A stretch of DNA of 63,432 nucleotides, the filler included. It is 5 parts of 5 records of this genome, joined end to end, with 100 filler letters (N's around TTAATTAATTAA, not from the genome) between each part and the next. Parts side by side here need not be neighbours in the genome. Positions count along the whole stretch, not along the records: positions 39,376 to 52,107 come from DRR723986_1377; positions 52,208 to 57,372 come from DRR723986_1386; positions 57,473 to 63,432 come from DRR723986_1406; 2 more parts are not named here. One strand, written 5' to 3'. Numbering within the stretch: the stretch's first letter is position 1; the number at the start of each line of letters is the position of its first letter. Below are positions 49,566-59,002 of the stretch, one piece after another. The notes beneath the pieces are model-generated. The model ran no database searches and had not been told where the DNA came from. It saw only the letters and a list, made by a program, of their open reading frames with translations. Both the position numbers and the translations under genes were made by a program.

Positions 49566-51140
49566 ATGCCAAGTTTCAAAGGATCGATCCGGCCACTTGT
49601 CTTCTGGCCGCCATTCGTTTTGCTGATCACGGCCGTTCTGATCAGCTTGGTCAATCTGGACCAGTTCCTGGCCGTGACCACCGGAATCAACAACTGGATC
49701 CTTTCCAGTTTCTCATGGCTGTTCAGCCTTGCCACGCTGATCATGGTCCTGACCCTGATCGCGGTCTTCTTCTCGCCGCTTGGCAAGACGCGGATCGGCG
49801 GCGACGCGGCGACGCCGCTGCTGACCAAGTGGCGCTGGTTCTCGATCTCGCTCTGCACGACGGTCGCCATCGGGATCATGTTCTGGGCCACGGCCGAGCC
49901 GATGTATCACCTGCATTATCCCCCGGTGGCCCTTGGCGCCGAGGCGGATTCGCCCGATGCCATGCGCTTTGCCCTGTCGACCATGTTCCTGCACTGGTCG
50001 TTCACGCCCTATTCGATCTACAGCGTACCCGCGCTGGCCTTCGCGCTGGCTTATTACAACCGCCGCAAGCCGTTTTCGCTCGGCTCGGCCCTTTCGCCGG
50101 TCTTTGGCAGCGCGGTCGAGGGCAAGGGCGGCCAGATCATCGACGCCATCGCGCTGTACACGCTGGTAGCCGGGATGGCGGCATCACTAGGAACCGGCGC
50201 ACTGACGCTGGCGGGTGGTGTCGACAAGTATTTCGGCACCGGCACCGGCCCGATCGTGCTCGGCTTTCTGACGGCGCTGATCGTGCTGAGCGCTGTGGCC
50301 TCGGCTGCCAGCGGCCTGCATCGCGGCATCGCGCGCCTGTCCAGCCTGAACACGCGCATCTTCTTCGTGCTGGCGGGCTTCGTGTTCATTGCGGGACCGA
50401 CCGGCTTCATCCTTGCCGGCGGGGTCGAGGCACTGGGCGATTATCTGGGCAACTTCTTCCAGAAAAGCCTGACCACGGGCGCCTTGTCGGGTGACACCTG
50501 GGCGCAGGGTTGGACGATCTTCTACTGGGCCAACTGGCTGGCTTGGGCGCCGATCACCGCGCTGTTCCTGGGCAAGATCGCGCGGGGCTATACCGTGCGT
50601 CAGTTCCTGCTGGTCAACCTTGTCGCGCCGTCGGTCTTCGCATGCGTCTGGATGTCGATCTTTGCCGGCACCGCGCTGTTCATGGACAGCAACAACGACA
50701 ACATGCTGTTCAACGCGCTGAACGACACCGGCCCGGAGTCGGTCGTCTACACGATGCTGTCGAACCTGCCACTTGCGGGGATCACCGCGGCGCTATTCAT
50801 CTTCACCTCGTTCCTCAGCTATGTCACCGCGGCGGATTCCAATACGGAAGCCATTGCGAACCTCTGTGTGCAGGACGCTGCCGAGCGGATGGCATCGGAG
50901 GACGAGCAATCTTCGAACAGCCTGCTAATGAAGATCGTCTGGGGTGGTTCGATCGGCGCCGTCGCTTGGGTGATGACCAGCTTCGCAGGGATCGACGGGA
51001 TCAAGATGATGTCGAATCTGGGTGGCCTTCCGGCGCTGTTGATCGTGATGGGCTGCAACGTCGTGCTGGTGAAGTACCTTCTCGACAGCCGAACCGTCGC
51101 GGTTCAGCAGGACGCTGTCGCCTCTGCGCAGGCGGTCTGA
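49566..51140 (+). CDS. BCCT family transporter
   Basis: AEPMYH, FLHW, WTIFYWANWLAWAP, IARGYTVRQF, TAADS; multi-TM hydrophobic profile. Confidence 0.9.
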   Translation: MPSFKGSIRPLVFWPPFVLLITAVLISLVNLDQFLAVTTGINNWILSSFSWLFSLATLIMVLTLIAVFFSPLGKTRIGGDAATPLLTKWRWFSISLCTTVAIGIMFWATAEPMYHLHYPPVALGAEADSPDAMRFALSTMFLHWSFTPYSIYSVPALAFALAYYNRRKPFSLGSALSPVFGSAVEGKGGQIIDAIALYTLVAGMAASLGTGALTLAGGVDKYFGTGTGPIVLGFLTALIVLSAVASAASGLHRGIARLSSLNTRIFFVLAGFVFIAGPTGFILAGGVEALGDYLGNFFQKSLTTGALSGDTWAQGWTIFYWANWLAWAPITALFLGKIARGYTVRQFLLVNLVAPSVFACVWMSIFAGTALFMDSNNDNMLFNALNDTGPESVVYTMLSNLPLAGITAALFIFTSFLSYVTAADSNTEAIANLCVQDAAERMASEDEQSSNSLLMKIVWGGSIGAVAWVMTSFAGIDGIKMMSNLGGLPALLIVMGCNVVLVKYLLDSRTVAVQQDAVASAQAV

Positions 51141-51216
51141 TCAAAGCTGACGTGACAGCCAGCCACGCTGCCAGTCATGGGGCGGCGTGGCCTCAACTAT
51201 CAGGCGGATCATCCTC

Positions 51217-52083
51217 ATGTCGCGCTCGCCGTCGTTGACATCCCTGCGCGCATTCTCGGTCGTGGGGCAATGTCTCAGCTTCACCCAGGCGGCGTACCGC
51301 CTTGGGGTGACCCAAAGCGCCGTCAGCAGGCAAATCCGTCAACTGGAGGAAGCTCTCGATACTCCACTGTTCAGACGCATCGGGAACGCCGTGGCACTGA
51401 CCGAGGCCGGTGCCGCTCTTCACGAGCGGCTTACCGACGCATTCGGGCAGATCGACGATGCGATCCGCGACGCACATGCCGTGGTTCCCAGGCAGAAGCT
51501 GACCGTGCTTGCTCCGCCAACCTTTTCGACGCGCTGGCTGGCAAGGCGCATGAAGGATTTTCGTTCCAAGCACGAAGATCTTGATCTCGCCATTCACACC
51601 AGGCCGGACGAAGCCGTACGCTTCGACTGCACGATCCGATACGGATGCCTTCCCCGTGACCGGCATCTCAGCAACCCCATACTGACCGAGCAGCATATCC
51701 TCGTCTGCGCGCCCGAGCTTCTGGACGAGGGCGAAGCGTGGAGAGCTACGGCGGTACTCCATGTCCTGGACGGCGTATCGCGCATGCAGACTTGGGAGAA
51801 TTGGTTGCAGCACTCGACCGAGTTTGCCGGCGCGCTGCCTCAGAATATCATGGAACTCGCAACCCTCGAAATGGTGATCGAGGCAGCTCGGGCCTGCGCC
51901 GGAATCGCTCTGATCGACCGCAACATGATCGAGTGTGAGCTGGCGACCGGCCAATTGGTTCCGATCGACCCGACGACGATGACCGGACCTTATACATATT
52001 GGCTGGATGTCACACATGATCAGATATCACGCAGTCGGGTTGCACGCTTTTCACGCTGGCTCAGGCAGTCTCTGGATGGCTAG
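51217..52083 (+). CDS. LysR family regulator (GcvA-like)
   Basis: PSLTSLRAF, SFTQAA..LGVTQSAVSRQIRQLEE, RWL. Confidence 0.9.
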   Translation: MSRSPSLTSLRAFSVVGQCLSFTQAAYRLGVTQSAVSRQIRQLEEALDTPLFRRIGNAVALTEAGAALHERLTDAFGQIDDAIRDAHAVVPRQKLTVLAPPTFSTRWLARRMKDFRSKHEDLDLAIHTRPDEAVRFDCTIRYGCLPRDRHLSNPILTEQHILVCAPELLDEGEAWRATAVLHVLDGVSRMQTWENWLQHSTEFAGALPQNIMELATLEMVIEAARACAGIALIDRNMIECELATGQLVPIDPTTMTGPYTYWLDVTHDQISRSRVARFSRWLRQSLDG

Positions 52084-52107
52084 GGTCAGGACTCATAGCC
52101 AATAGAT
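52080..52107 (-). mobile_element. right end of a second IS5-family element (IS427-like group)
   Basis: Minus strand reads ATC TAT TGG CTA TGA GTCCTGACC CTAG: IYWL-stop transposase C-terminus, short terminus, CTAG target; the contig breaks here. Confidence 0.6.
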
Positions 52108-52207
52108 NNNNNNNNNNNNNNNNNNNNNNNNNNNNNNNNNNNNNNNNNNNNTTAATTAATTAANNNNNNNNNNNNNNNNNNNNNNNNNNNNNNNNNNNNN
52201 NNNNNNN
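52108..52207. other. artificial contig linker
   Basis: N44-TTAATTAATTAA-N44. Confidence 0.97.
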
Positions 52208-52894
52208 CGCGATCCAGCCCACACCGGCGGTCATGCCCTCGGTCCATTGAGGCACGCGGATCAAGCTGATGTAAGCCCCGCCCAAACCGGCACAAGCGCC
52301 CCCAAACATGATGGCCATGATGCGGATGCGCACGACTTTGTATCCCAGCGCGTGTGCGGCATCGTGGTTTTCACCCACGGCCCGCAAAACCAGACCCATG
52401 CGAGTGAATTTCAACATCGCCCACACGGCGGCTGTCAGGGCGATGCCGAGGTATAACACCGGATCATGTCCAAATAGGATTGGCCCAATAACCGGCAGAT
52501 CGGTCAGAACCGGAATGTCCAGTTTGCTCATTTGGGGCGGTTTGATGCCAACATAGCTTTGCCCCATCAGCGAACTGAAACCAAGCCCGAACAACGTCAA
52601 CGCCAGACCAGAGGCCACCTGATTGGCCAGCGCAACTTGCGTGAGCAGCACAAACAGCAACGACAGAACTGCCCCACCAATGGCTGCGGCAAGAAAGCCC
52701 AGCCAAGGCGATCCGGTTTCGACAGAAATTGCAAAGCCGCTGATCGCGCCAACGATCATCATGCCTTCGACACCAAGGTTCAGAACACCGGCTTTTTCCA
52801 CCACCAACTCGCCAATGGCGGCCAACAGGATCGGAGTTGCTGCCACCATAAGCGAGGCAATCAGCAATACGGGGTTAATTGCAGATAGGTCCAT
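52208..52894 (-). CDS. nucleoside/purine ABC transporter permease, 3' truncated
   Basis: EKAGVLNLGVEGMM, LRAVGEN motifs. Confidence 0.88.
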
Positions 52895-53976
52895 TATGCG
52901 ACCTCCTTCCGGGCCGCACGGATGCGGTAGTTGGTCAACAGATCAAGCGCGAGCAGGAAGAACAACAACATCCCCTGAAATACCTGAATGGCCGAGGCTG
53001 GAAGCCCCAGTTTGGACTGTGCGATATCGCCGCCAATATAGGTCAACGCCATCACGCCCCCGGCCAGCAAAATCCCCACCGGATGCAGTCGCCCCAAAAA
53101 GGCAACGATGATCGCGGTAAAGCCATAGCCGACATTGAAATCAATGGTGATCTGACCCGCTGGTCCAGCAACCTCGAACAAACCGGCCAACCCGGCCAAC
53201 ATGCCCGACGTGCCCAGACAGAACAGGATCAGGCGTGACGGGTGTACCCCGGCAAACTTAGCCGCGCGCGGGGCCTCGCCAGTCAGGCGGATATGAAAGC
53301 CCAACATGTGACGGTTCAGCAAAACATAGGCAAAGATCACCGCGATCAACGCCGCGACAACGCCCCAGTGCATCCCTGTTCCGGCGAACAGTTCGGCATT
53401 ATGCGCGCTGTCATAGGATTGCAGGTTGCGCGAGCCGGGAAACCCATATCCTTGGGGGTTCTTCAACAATCCCAACGACATGGACGCCAGCAATTGCTCG
53501 GCCACATAGACCAGCATGAGCGAGACCAAGATCTCGTTGGTGCCGAATTTCACCTTCAGCAGAGCCGGGATCATCGCCCAGAACCACCCGCCCAAGGCCC
53601 CGCCCATGATCATCAGAGGAAAGATGTACCAGGCTTCCAGCGGATAGAACGCAAGGCCCACACCCGCGCCGACAATGGCACCCATGATGTACTGACCCTC
53701 GGCCCCAATGTTCCAGATCCCGGCCTTGAATCCAAGCGACAGGCCGATCGCGATCAACACCAAAGGCGCGCCTTTGATCAGCAATTGGGGCCGGTAATAT
53801 GAGGCGTGCTCGCCAAATAGCGGTTCCCAGAAAATGGTTTGAATGGCTTCAATTGGGTTTTTACCCAGGGCTGCGAACAGCATCCCGCCGAAAATCATAG
53901 TTGCCAGAACCGCAACGGCGGGCGTTGCCATCGACCATGCTTGTGACGGCTGTGGCCGTTTCTCCAGAACGATCAT
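52894..53976 (-). CDS. nucleoside/purine ABC transporter permease
   Basis: WNIGAEGQ, NEILVSLML, GYGFTAIIVAFLG motifs. Confidence 0.88.
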   Translation of the reverse strand: MIVLEKRPQPSQAWSMATPAVAVLATMIFGGMLFAALGKNPIEAIQTIFWEPLFGEHASYYRPQLLIKGAPLVLIAIGLSLGFKAGIWNIGAEGQYIMGAIVGAGVGLAFYPLEAWYIFPLMIMGGALGGWFWAMIPALLKVKFGTNEILVSLMLVYVAEQLLASMSLGLLKNPQGYGFPGSRNLQSYDSAHNAELFAGTGMHWGVVAALIAVIFAYVLLNRHMLGFHIRLTGEAPRAAKFAGVHPSRLILFCLGTSGMLAGLAGLFEVAGPAGQITIDFNVGYGFTAIIVAFLGRLHPVGILLAGGVMALTYIGGDIAQSKLGLPASAIQVFQGMLLFFLLALDLLTNYRIRAARKEVA

Positions 53977-54030
53977 GCGCTGGCTCTCCCGCTTGCGTGT
54001 TCTTTTTTGTGTGATGTCTGAGGGGCGGTC

Positions 54031-55548
54031 TTAAACATGTGCCACCTCCATTCCATGTGCGCCGCCCATCATCAGACCGATCTCTTCGACCGTCAGACCG
54101 GTGGTTTCGCGTGGCGCGCTCAGGCGGCCTTCGTTCAAGGCGGCGAAGCTGTCAGAAATCTCCATCAACTCATCCAGATCCTGACTGATGCAGACAATCG
54201 CCGTGCCTTTGGCCGCCAGATCCAAAATAGCTTGACGGATGGAAGCAGCCGCGGCCGCATCGACACCCCAAGTGGGTTGGTTCACGACCAACACATCCGG
54301 ATCTTGCAACACCTCGCGGCCAATCACGAACTTCTGCAGGTTCCCCCCCGAAAGCGACCGCGCCGCATTGTCCGGCCCCGGTGTGCGCACATCAAAGGCT
54401 TCGATGATCCGCTCGGCAAAGCTCTGCGTCAGTCCCCACTTGAGGAACCCGTTGCTTTCCAACCCTTCACGCACCGATCCTGTGAGCAGCGCGTTTTCCG
54501 TCAGGCTCATATCCGGGGCTGCGGCATGGCCCAAACGCTCTTCTGGCGCCGTTAACAGCCCCAACTTGCGTCGTGCCGTTGGCCCCATCCGCCCAACAGG
54601 CTGGCCATCTTTCTTGACCGCATCAGCAGCCGTCAGAATTTCACCCGACAGCACGCCTAGCAACTCATCCTGACCATTTCCCGCGACGCCACCAACACCC
54701 AGCACCTCGCCTTTGCGAACAACCAAATGCAGGTTTTTCAACGCCGTGCCAAACTCTGACGGTGACGGCACCGACAGCCCGGAAATATCCAACGCCACTT
54801 CGCCAAATTCGCGCCCTGACCGTTCCGGTGTCTGCAACGTTGATCCAACCATCAATTCGGCCATCTCTCGCGCGGACGTCTCAGCCGGGGTGCATTCCCC
54901 CACATTTTCGCCCAACCGCAGAATGGTCGCGTGGTCACACAGGGTTCGAATTTCCTCCAGCTTGTGCGAAATATACAGGATCGAGGTTCCCTCGGACCGC
55001 AACTTTTGCAACGTTTCAAACAGGATCTCGACCTCTTGCGGGGTCAGAACCGATGTGGGCTCATCCATGATCAACAGTTTGGGATCTTGCAACAGACAGC
55101 GAATGATCTCGACCCGCTGGCGCTCCCCTGCAGACAGATCCCCAACCGTACGAAACGGATCCAGTGGCAGGCCGTAATTCTCTGACACTTCGCGAATGCG
55201 CGCGGCCAGATCATTCATCGCGGGTGGGTTTTCCATGCCCAATGCGATGTTTTCGGCGACGTTTAGCGCGTCAAACAGCGAGAAATGCTGGAACACCATT
55301 GCGATCCCGTCTGCGCGGGCCGCTCGGGGTTCTGCCGGGGCAAAGGGTTGGCCGCGCAGAAGCATCGTGCCGCTGTCGGGCTTGACCAACCCATAGATCA
55401 TTTTCACCAAAGTGGATTTGCCCGCACCGTTTTCCCCCAGCAAGGCATGTACTTCTCCCTCACCAATATCAAAGGACACGTTGTTGTTGGCGATCACACC
55501 GGGATAGGCTTTGGTCAGCCCTTGCAGGCTCAAAAGAGGGGCTGTCAC
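54031..55548 (-). CDS. nucleoside/purine ABC transporter ATP-binding protein (fused double ABC domain)
   Basis: GENGAGKST, MDEPT, LSGGNLQK, QPTWGVD. Confidence 0.9.
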   Translation of the reverse strand: MTAPLLSLQGLTKAYPGVIANNNVSFDIGEGEVHALLGENGAGKSTLVKMIYGLVKPDSGTMLLRGQPFAPAEPRAARADGIAMVFQHFSLFDALNVAENIALGMENPPAMNDLAARIREVSENYGLPLDPFRTVGDLSAGERQRVEIIRCLLQDPKLLIMDEPTSVLTPQEVEILFETLQKLRSEGTSILYISHKLEEIRTLCDHATILRLGENVGECTPAETSAREMAELMVGSTLQTPERSGREFGEVALDISGLSVPSPSEFGTALKNLHLVVRKGEVLGVGGVAGNGQDELLGVLSGEILTAADAVKKDGQPVGRMGPTARRKLGLLTAPEERLGHAAAPDMSLTENALLTGSVREGLESNGFLKWGLTQSFAERIIEAFDVRTPGPDNAARSLSGGNLQKFVIGREVLQDPDVLVVNQPTWGVDAAAAASIRQAILDLAAKGTAIVCISQDLDELMEISDSFAALNEGRLSAPRETTGLTVEEIGLMMGGAHGMEVAHV

Positions 55549-56480
55549 GCGCGCATATCCTTCTGTCGTGTCTCGTGTTGCGCAGGCTGTAGCAATTCGG
55601 CTGCAACGCCTACGGCGATCATCTGCGGATGTTTGCCCAGATCAGGACGACCAATTGGGCAGGTAATGCGGCTGATCAACGCCGGGCTATGCCCTAGTGC
55701 TGCCAACCGCGACCGGAATCGCGCCCACTTGGTAGCTGAGCCAATCAATCCCGCAAAGGCGAAACTGTGCGAAAGCAATCGGTTGCACAGTTCTAAATCC
55801 AAAGTGTGTGAATAAGTCAGCACTAGATGCTCGGCCTCGGGGGGGGCATGGCGCACCAATTCTGCCGGTTTGGCGGCTGGCACGATGGTGACACCGGCGG
55901 GCACATCCGCCGGAAACCGCTCTGCGCCGGTATCAACCCAGGTGATCGCCAAATCGGGCAGAGGGGCCAGAACATTGACCATCGCACGACCCACATGACC
56001 CGCACCCCAGATCCAGATTTGTCGCGCCGGGCGATGAACAGGCTCGATCATCCACCCATCCAGCAACTGCGGTTCAGGCAAAACACCTTGTCCACGCGCT
56101 TGCGCCAACATGCGTGTCACCGAAACCGGCTGCTCGGCCTTCGCAACAGGCCGCGCGATGATCTCATGATCCAGTTCGGCAATCGTGGCCGCATCGTAAA
56201 CTTCGCTCAGCAGCGAAACGGCGCCTCCACAGCATTGGCCCAGATCAGGACCCAACGCATGGTGGCTCAAAATCCGTGCTGCGTCTTGGCGTCGTGCGCT
56301 GTCTGCCGCCTGAAACTCTAACGTGCCACCACCAATGGTGCCGGATTGCCCATCCTCCCAGACCAACATCGCAGCCCCCACTTCACGCGGGGAAGACCCG
56401 CGCAAACTGGCAATCACCACACGCGTCACACGCCCATGGGTTTTGACAGCCTCTCTCAAGACCTCCAGATCAAATCCCAC
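55545..56480 (-). CDS. xdhC: xanthine dehydrogenase accessory protein
   Basis: GSSPRE, GTIGGG, LGQCCGG, GAGHVG, GLIGS; GTG start at 56480 after GGAGG. Confidence 0.92.
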   Translation of the reverse strand: MGFDLEVLREAVKTHGRVTRVVIASLRGSSPREVGAAMLVWEDGQSGTIGGGTLEFQAADSARRQDAARILSHHALGPDLGQCCGGAVSLLSEVYDAATIAELDHEIIARPVAKAEQPVSVTRMLAQARGQGVLPEPQLLDGWMIEPVHRPARQIWIWGAGHVGRAMVNVLAPLPDLAITWVDTGAERFPADVPAGVTIVPAAKPAELVRHAPPEAEHLVLTYSHTLDLELCNRLLSHSFAFAGLIGSATKWARFRSRLAALGHSPALISRITCPIGRPDLGKHPQMIAVGVAAELLQPAQHETRQKDMRA

Positions 56481-57372
56481 TGTCACCTCCTGAGCGCACC
56501 CGACGGACACCACGCCATACTTCTTCTGCGGTTGCAGGCGCGTTGAGCGCCGGATAGGCATCGCCACAGGCCCCAACCGCATTGTTGAGCGCAAGATAGG
56601 CCGAAATCCCTAACATAAAGGGTGGTTCGCCAACGGCTTTAGAACGATAAATCGTCTCTTCCCGGTTAGACCCACCCCAAAGGGCAACGTTGAACACATC
56701 CGGGCGGTCTGAGCAGGCCGGGATTTTATAGGTCGATGGCGCATGGGTACGCAGCCGTCCTTTGTCGTCCCAGACCAACTCTTCTGTTGTCAGCCAGCCT
56801 GCACCTTGAACATAGCCGCCTTCGACCTGACCCATATCCAACGCCGGGTTCAAAGATTCCCCAGCATCATGCAGGATATCCACCCGTAAAATCCGGTTTT
56901 CCCCGGTCAACGTGTCGATCGCTACTTCAGTGATCGACGCGCCATAGGCAAAATAGAAAAACGGCCGTCCTTGGCCCTTGATCCGGTCCCATTCGATTTT
57001 GGGCGTTTTATAGAAGCCGGTCGCCGACAGGCTGACTCGCCCTTGATAAACCAGTGCCGCCGCCTCGGCGAAAGTATAGCGCGCCTCGCCGACCTCAACA
57101 TGCCCATCTCCAAACCGGACCGAGTTTACATCTGCCTGATGCCGCTCAGCCAAAAACGCGGCCATCCGGTCGCGAATGGTGTCACAGGCGGCTTTGACCG
57201 CCATCCCGTTCAGATCCGACCCGGAAGAAGCCGCAGTTGCCGACGTATTAGGCACCTTGGCCGTATCAGTCGCGGTGATCTTGATCGCGTCCAAACCAAT
57301 GCCGAACCGCGACGCGGCAACCTGCGCTACCTTCTGAAACAAGCCCTGGCCCATTTCGGTGCCGCCGTGGTT
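56470..57372 (-). CDS. xdhB: xanthine dehydrogenase molybdopterin subunit, 5' truncated
   Basis: EMGQGL, PNTSATAASSG, GQVEGG, SKAVGEPP. Confidence 0.93.
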   Translation of the reverse strand, partial: NHGGTEMGQGLFQKVAQVAASRFGIGLDAIKITATDTAKVPNTSATAASSGSDLNGMAVKAACDTIRDRMAAFLAERHQADVNSVRFGDGHVEVGEARYTFAEAAALVYQGRVSLSATGFYKTPKIEWDRIKGQGRPFFYFAYGASITEVAIDTLTGENRILRVDILHDAGESLNPALDMGQVEGGYVQGAGWLTTEELVWDDKGRLRTHAPSTYKIPACSDRPDVFNVALWGGSNREETIYRSKAVGEPPFMLGISAYLALNNAVGACGDAYPALNAPATAEEVWRGVRRVRSGGDSGI

Positions 57373-57472
57373 NNNNNNNNNNNNNNNNNNNNNNNNNNNN
57401 NNNNNNNNNNNNNNNNTTAATTAATTAANNNNNNNNNNNNNNNNNNNNNNNNNNNNNNNNNNNNNNNNNNNN
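57373..57472. other. artificial contig linker
   Basis: N44-TTAATTAATTAA-N44. Confidence 0.97.
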
Positions 57473-57473
57473 C

Positions 57474-57692
57474 GTTGAAGAAAAAGAGGACATGAGCCGC
57501 TTTATCCTAGACGTGAACGACGAGTTCGGCACCACCATCGCCCTGATCGAACACGATATGGGCGTGGTGATGGACCTGTCTGACCGGGTGGTGGTGATGG
57601 ATTACGGCAAGAAAATTGGCGATGGCACCCCCGACGAGGTGCGCAACAACCAAGCGGTGATCGATGCATATCTGGGGGTAAGCCATGACTGA
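57474..57692 (+). CDS. LivG-like ABC ATP-binding protein, C-terminal fragment
   Basis: LIEHDMGVVMDLSDRVVV...AYLG. Confidence 0.85.
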   Translation, partial: VEEKEDMSRFILDVNDEFGTTIALIEHDMGVVMDLSDRVVVMDYGKKIGDGTPDEVRNNQAVIDAYLGVSHD

Positions 57693-57753
57693 TGTTTGCC
57701 AAACCCTGCCGATTGCCTTGTTGGCCCTAACCACGCAAAAAGGAGCCTAAGCC

Positions 57754-58740
57754 ATGCCCGATCAACTGATTTTTGCGATGGAAGTTACCCTGAACGGCCT
57801 GATGGCCGGGGTGCTATACGCGCTGGTGGCCCTGGGCTTTGTGCTGATTTACAAGGCATCGGGCATTTTCAACTATGCCCAAGGTGTGATGGCGCTGTTT
57901 GCGGCCCTGACATTGGTGGGCATCATGGAGGGCCAAGTGCCCTTTAGCCACCTGATCAACGCCATTTTCGGCACTGATGTGCACCATTTCAGCTGGTCTG
58001 TGCCGGCGTTGGGTGCGATTTTGCTGACCATGGCTGTGATGGTGTTTTTGGCCTGGGCGGTGAACAAGATCATCTTCCGCCATCTGGTGAACCAAGAGCC
58101 GATCATCTTGTTCATGGCCACCATTGGCCTGGCCTATTTCATGGAAGGCTTTGGCGACATGATGTGGGGCTCGGACATCAAAAAGCTGGATGTCGGCCTG
58201 CCGCAGGGCCTGAACATGGTGATCGATGAAACCACCTATGGCATGTTTGGCTACGGCTTCTTTATCGACAATCTCGATCTGGTTGCCACGGTGATTGCCA
58301 TTTTGCTGGTGTCTGTGCTGGTTATGTTCAGCCAATACACCAAACAAGGCCGCGCCATGCGCGCTGTGGCCGACGACCACCAAGCCGCCCTCTCGGTTGG
58401 GGTTAGCCTGAATTTTATCTGGGTCATGGTGTGGTCGCTGGCAGGGTTTGTGGCGCTGGTGGCGGGTATCATGTGGGGCACCAAATCGGGTGTGCAGTTC
58501 TCGCTGTCTTTGATCGCGCTTAAGGCATTGCCGGTTTTGATGCTGGGCGGCTTTACCTCGATCCCCGGGGCGATTGTGGGTGGCCTGATTATTGGCGTGG
58601 GCGAAAAACTGTTTGAATTCCTGATGGGCCCCATCGTGGGGGGCGCCACAGAAAACTGGTTTGCCTATGTTCTGGCGCTGATCTTCCTGGTGTTCCGCCC
58701 GCAAGGCCTGTTTGGCGAAAAAATCATCGAGCGGGTGTGA
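57754..58740 (+). CDS. LivH-like ABC permease
   Basis: YALVALGFVLIY, GRAMRAVA, RPQGLFG. Confidence 0.9.
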   Translation: MPDQLIFAMEVTLNGLMAGVLYALVALGFVLIYKASGIFNYAQGVMALFAALTLVGIMEGQVPFSHLINAIFGTDVHHFSWSVPALGAILLTMAVMVFLAWAVNKIIFRHLVNQEPIILFMATIGLAYFMEGFGDMMWGSDIKKLDVGLPQGLNMVIDETTYGMFGYGFFIDNLDLVATVIAILLVSVLVMFSQYTKQGRAMRAVADDHQAALSVGVSLNFIWVMVWSLAGFVALVAGIMWGTKSGVQFSLSLIALKALPVLMLGGFTSIPGAIVGGLIIGVGEKLFEFLMGPIVGGATENWFAYVLALIFLVFRPQGLFGEKIIERV

Positions 58741-58744
58741 CGGG

Positions 58745-59002
58745 ATGCAAAAGGTAATCGCCCTATTGAACGTGATTGCCTGGGCCGGGTTCTGGGCATT
58801 TGGATACCTGGCGTTGACTGCGGGCGGCGGCAATTCCCAACAAATGGTTGTTGCCGCGCTACTGGCCGCCTTGGGCGGGGCAGTGGGGATCTGGGCCTAT
58901 TTCCAGCTGGTCCACTACTGCGAGCGCACGGGCTATGCGGCTGGCCCAAACCGGGCCAATCGCCAACATCTTGAAGACGAATACAACGAGGGGAGCCTCT
59001 GA
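58745..59002 (+). CDS. small hypothetical membrane protein
   Basis: 85 codons with two hydrophobic segments; fills the gap between the two permeases and is coupled to the next start. Confidence 0.6.
   Translation: MQKVIALLNVIAWAGFWAFGYLALTAGGGNSQQMVVAALLAALGGAVGIWAYFQLVHYCERTGYAAGPNRANRQHLEDEYNEGSL

Noticed and set aside
52208-57372. xdhBC plus ABC transporter as a novel system
   Set aside because: Ordinary purine-utilisation arrangement in Rhodobacteraceae
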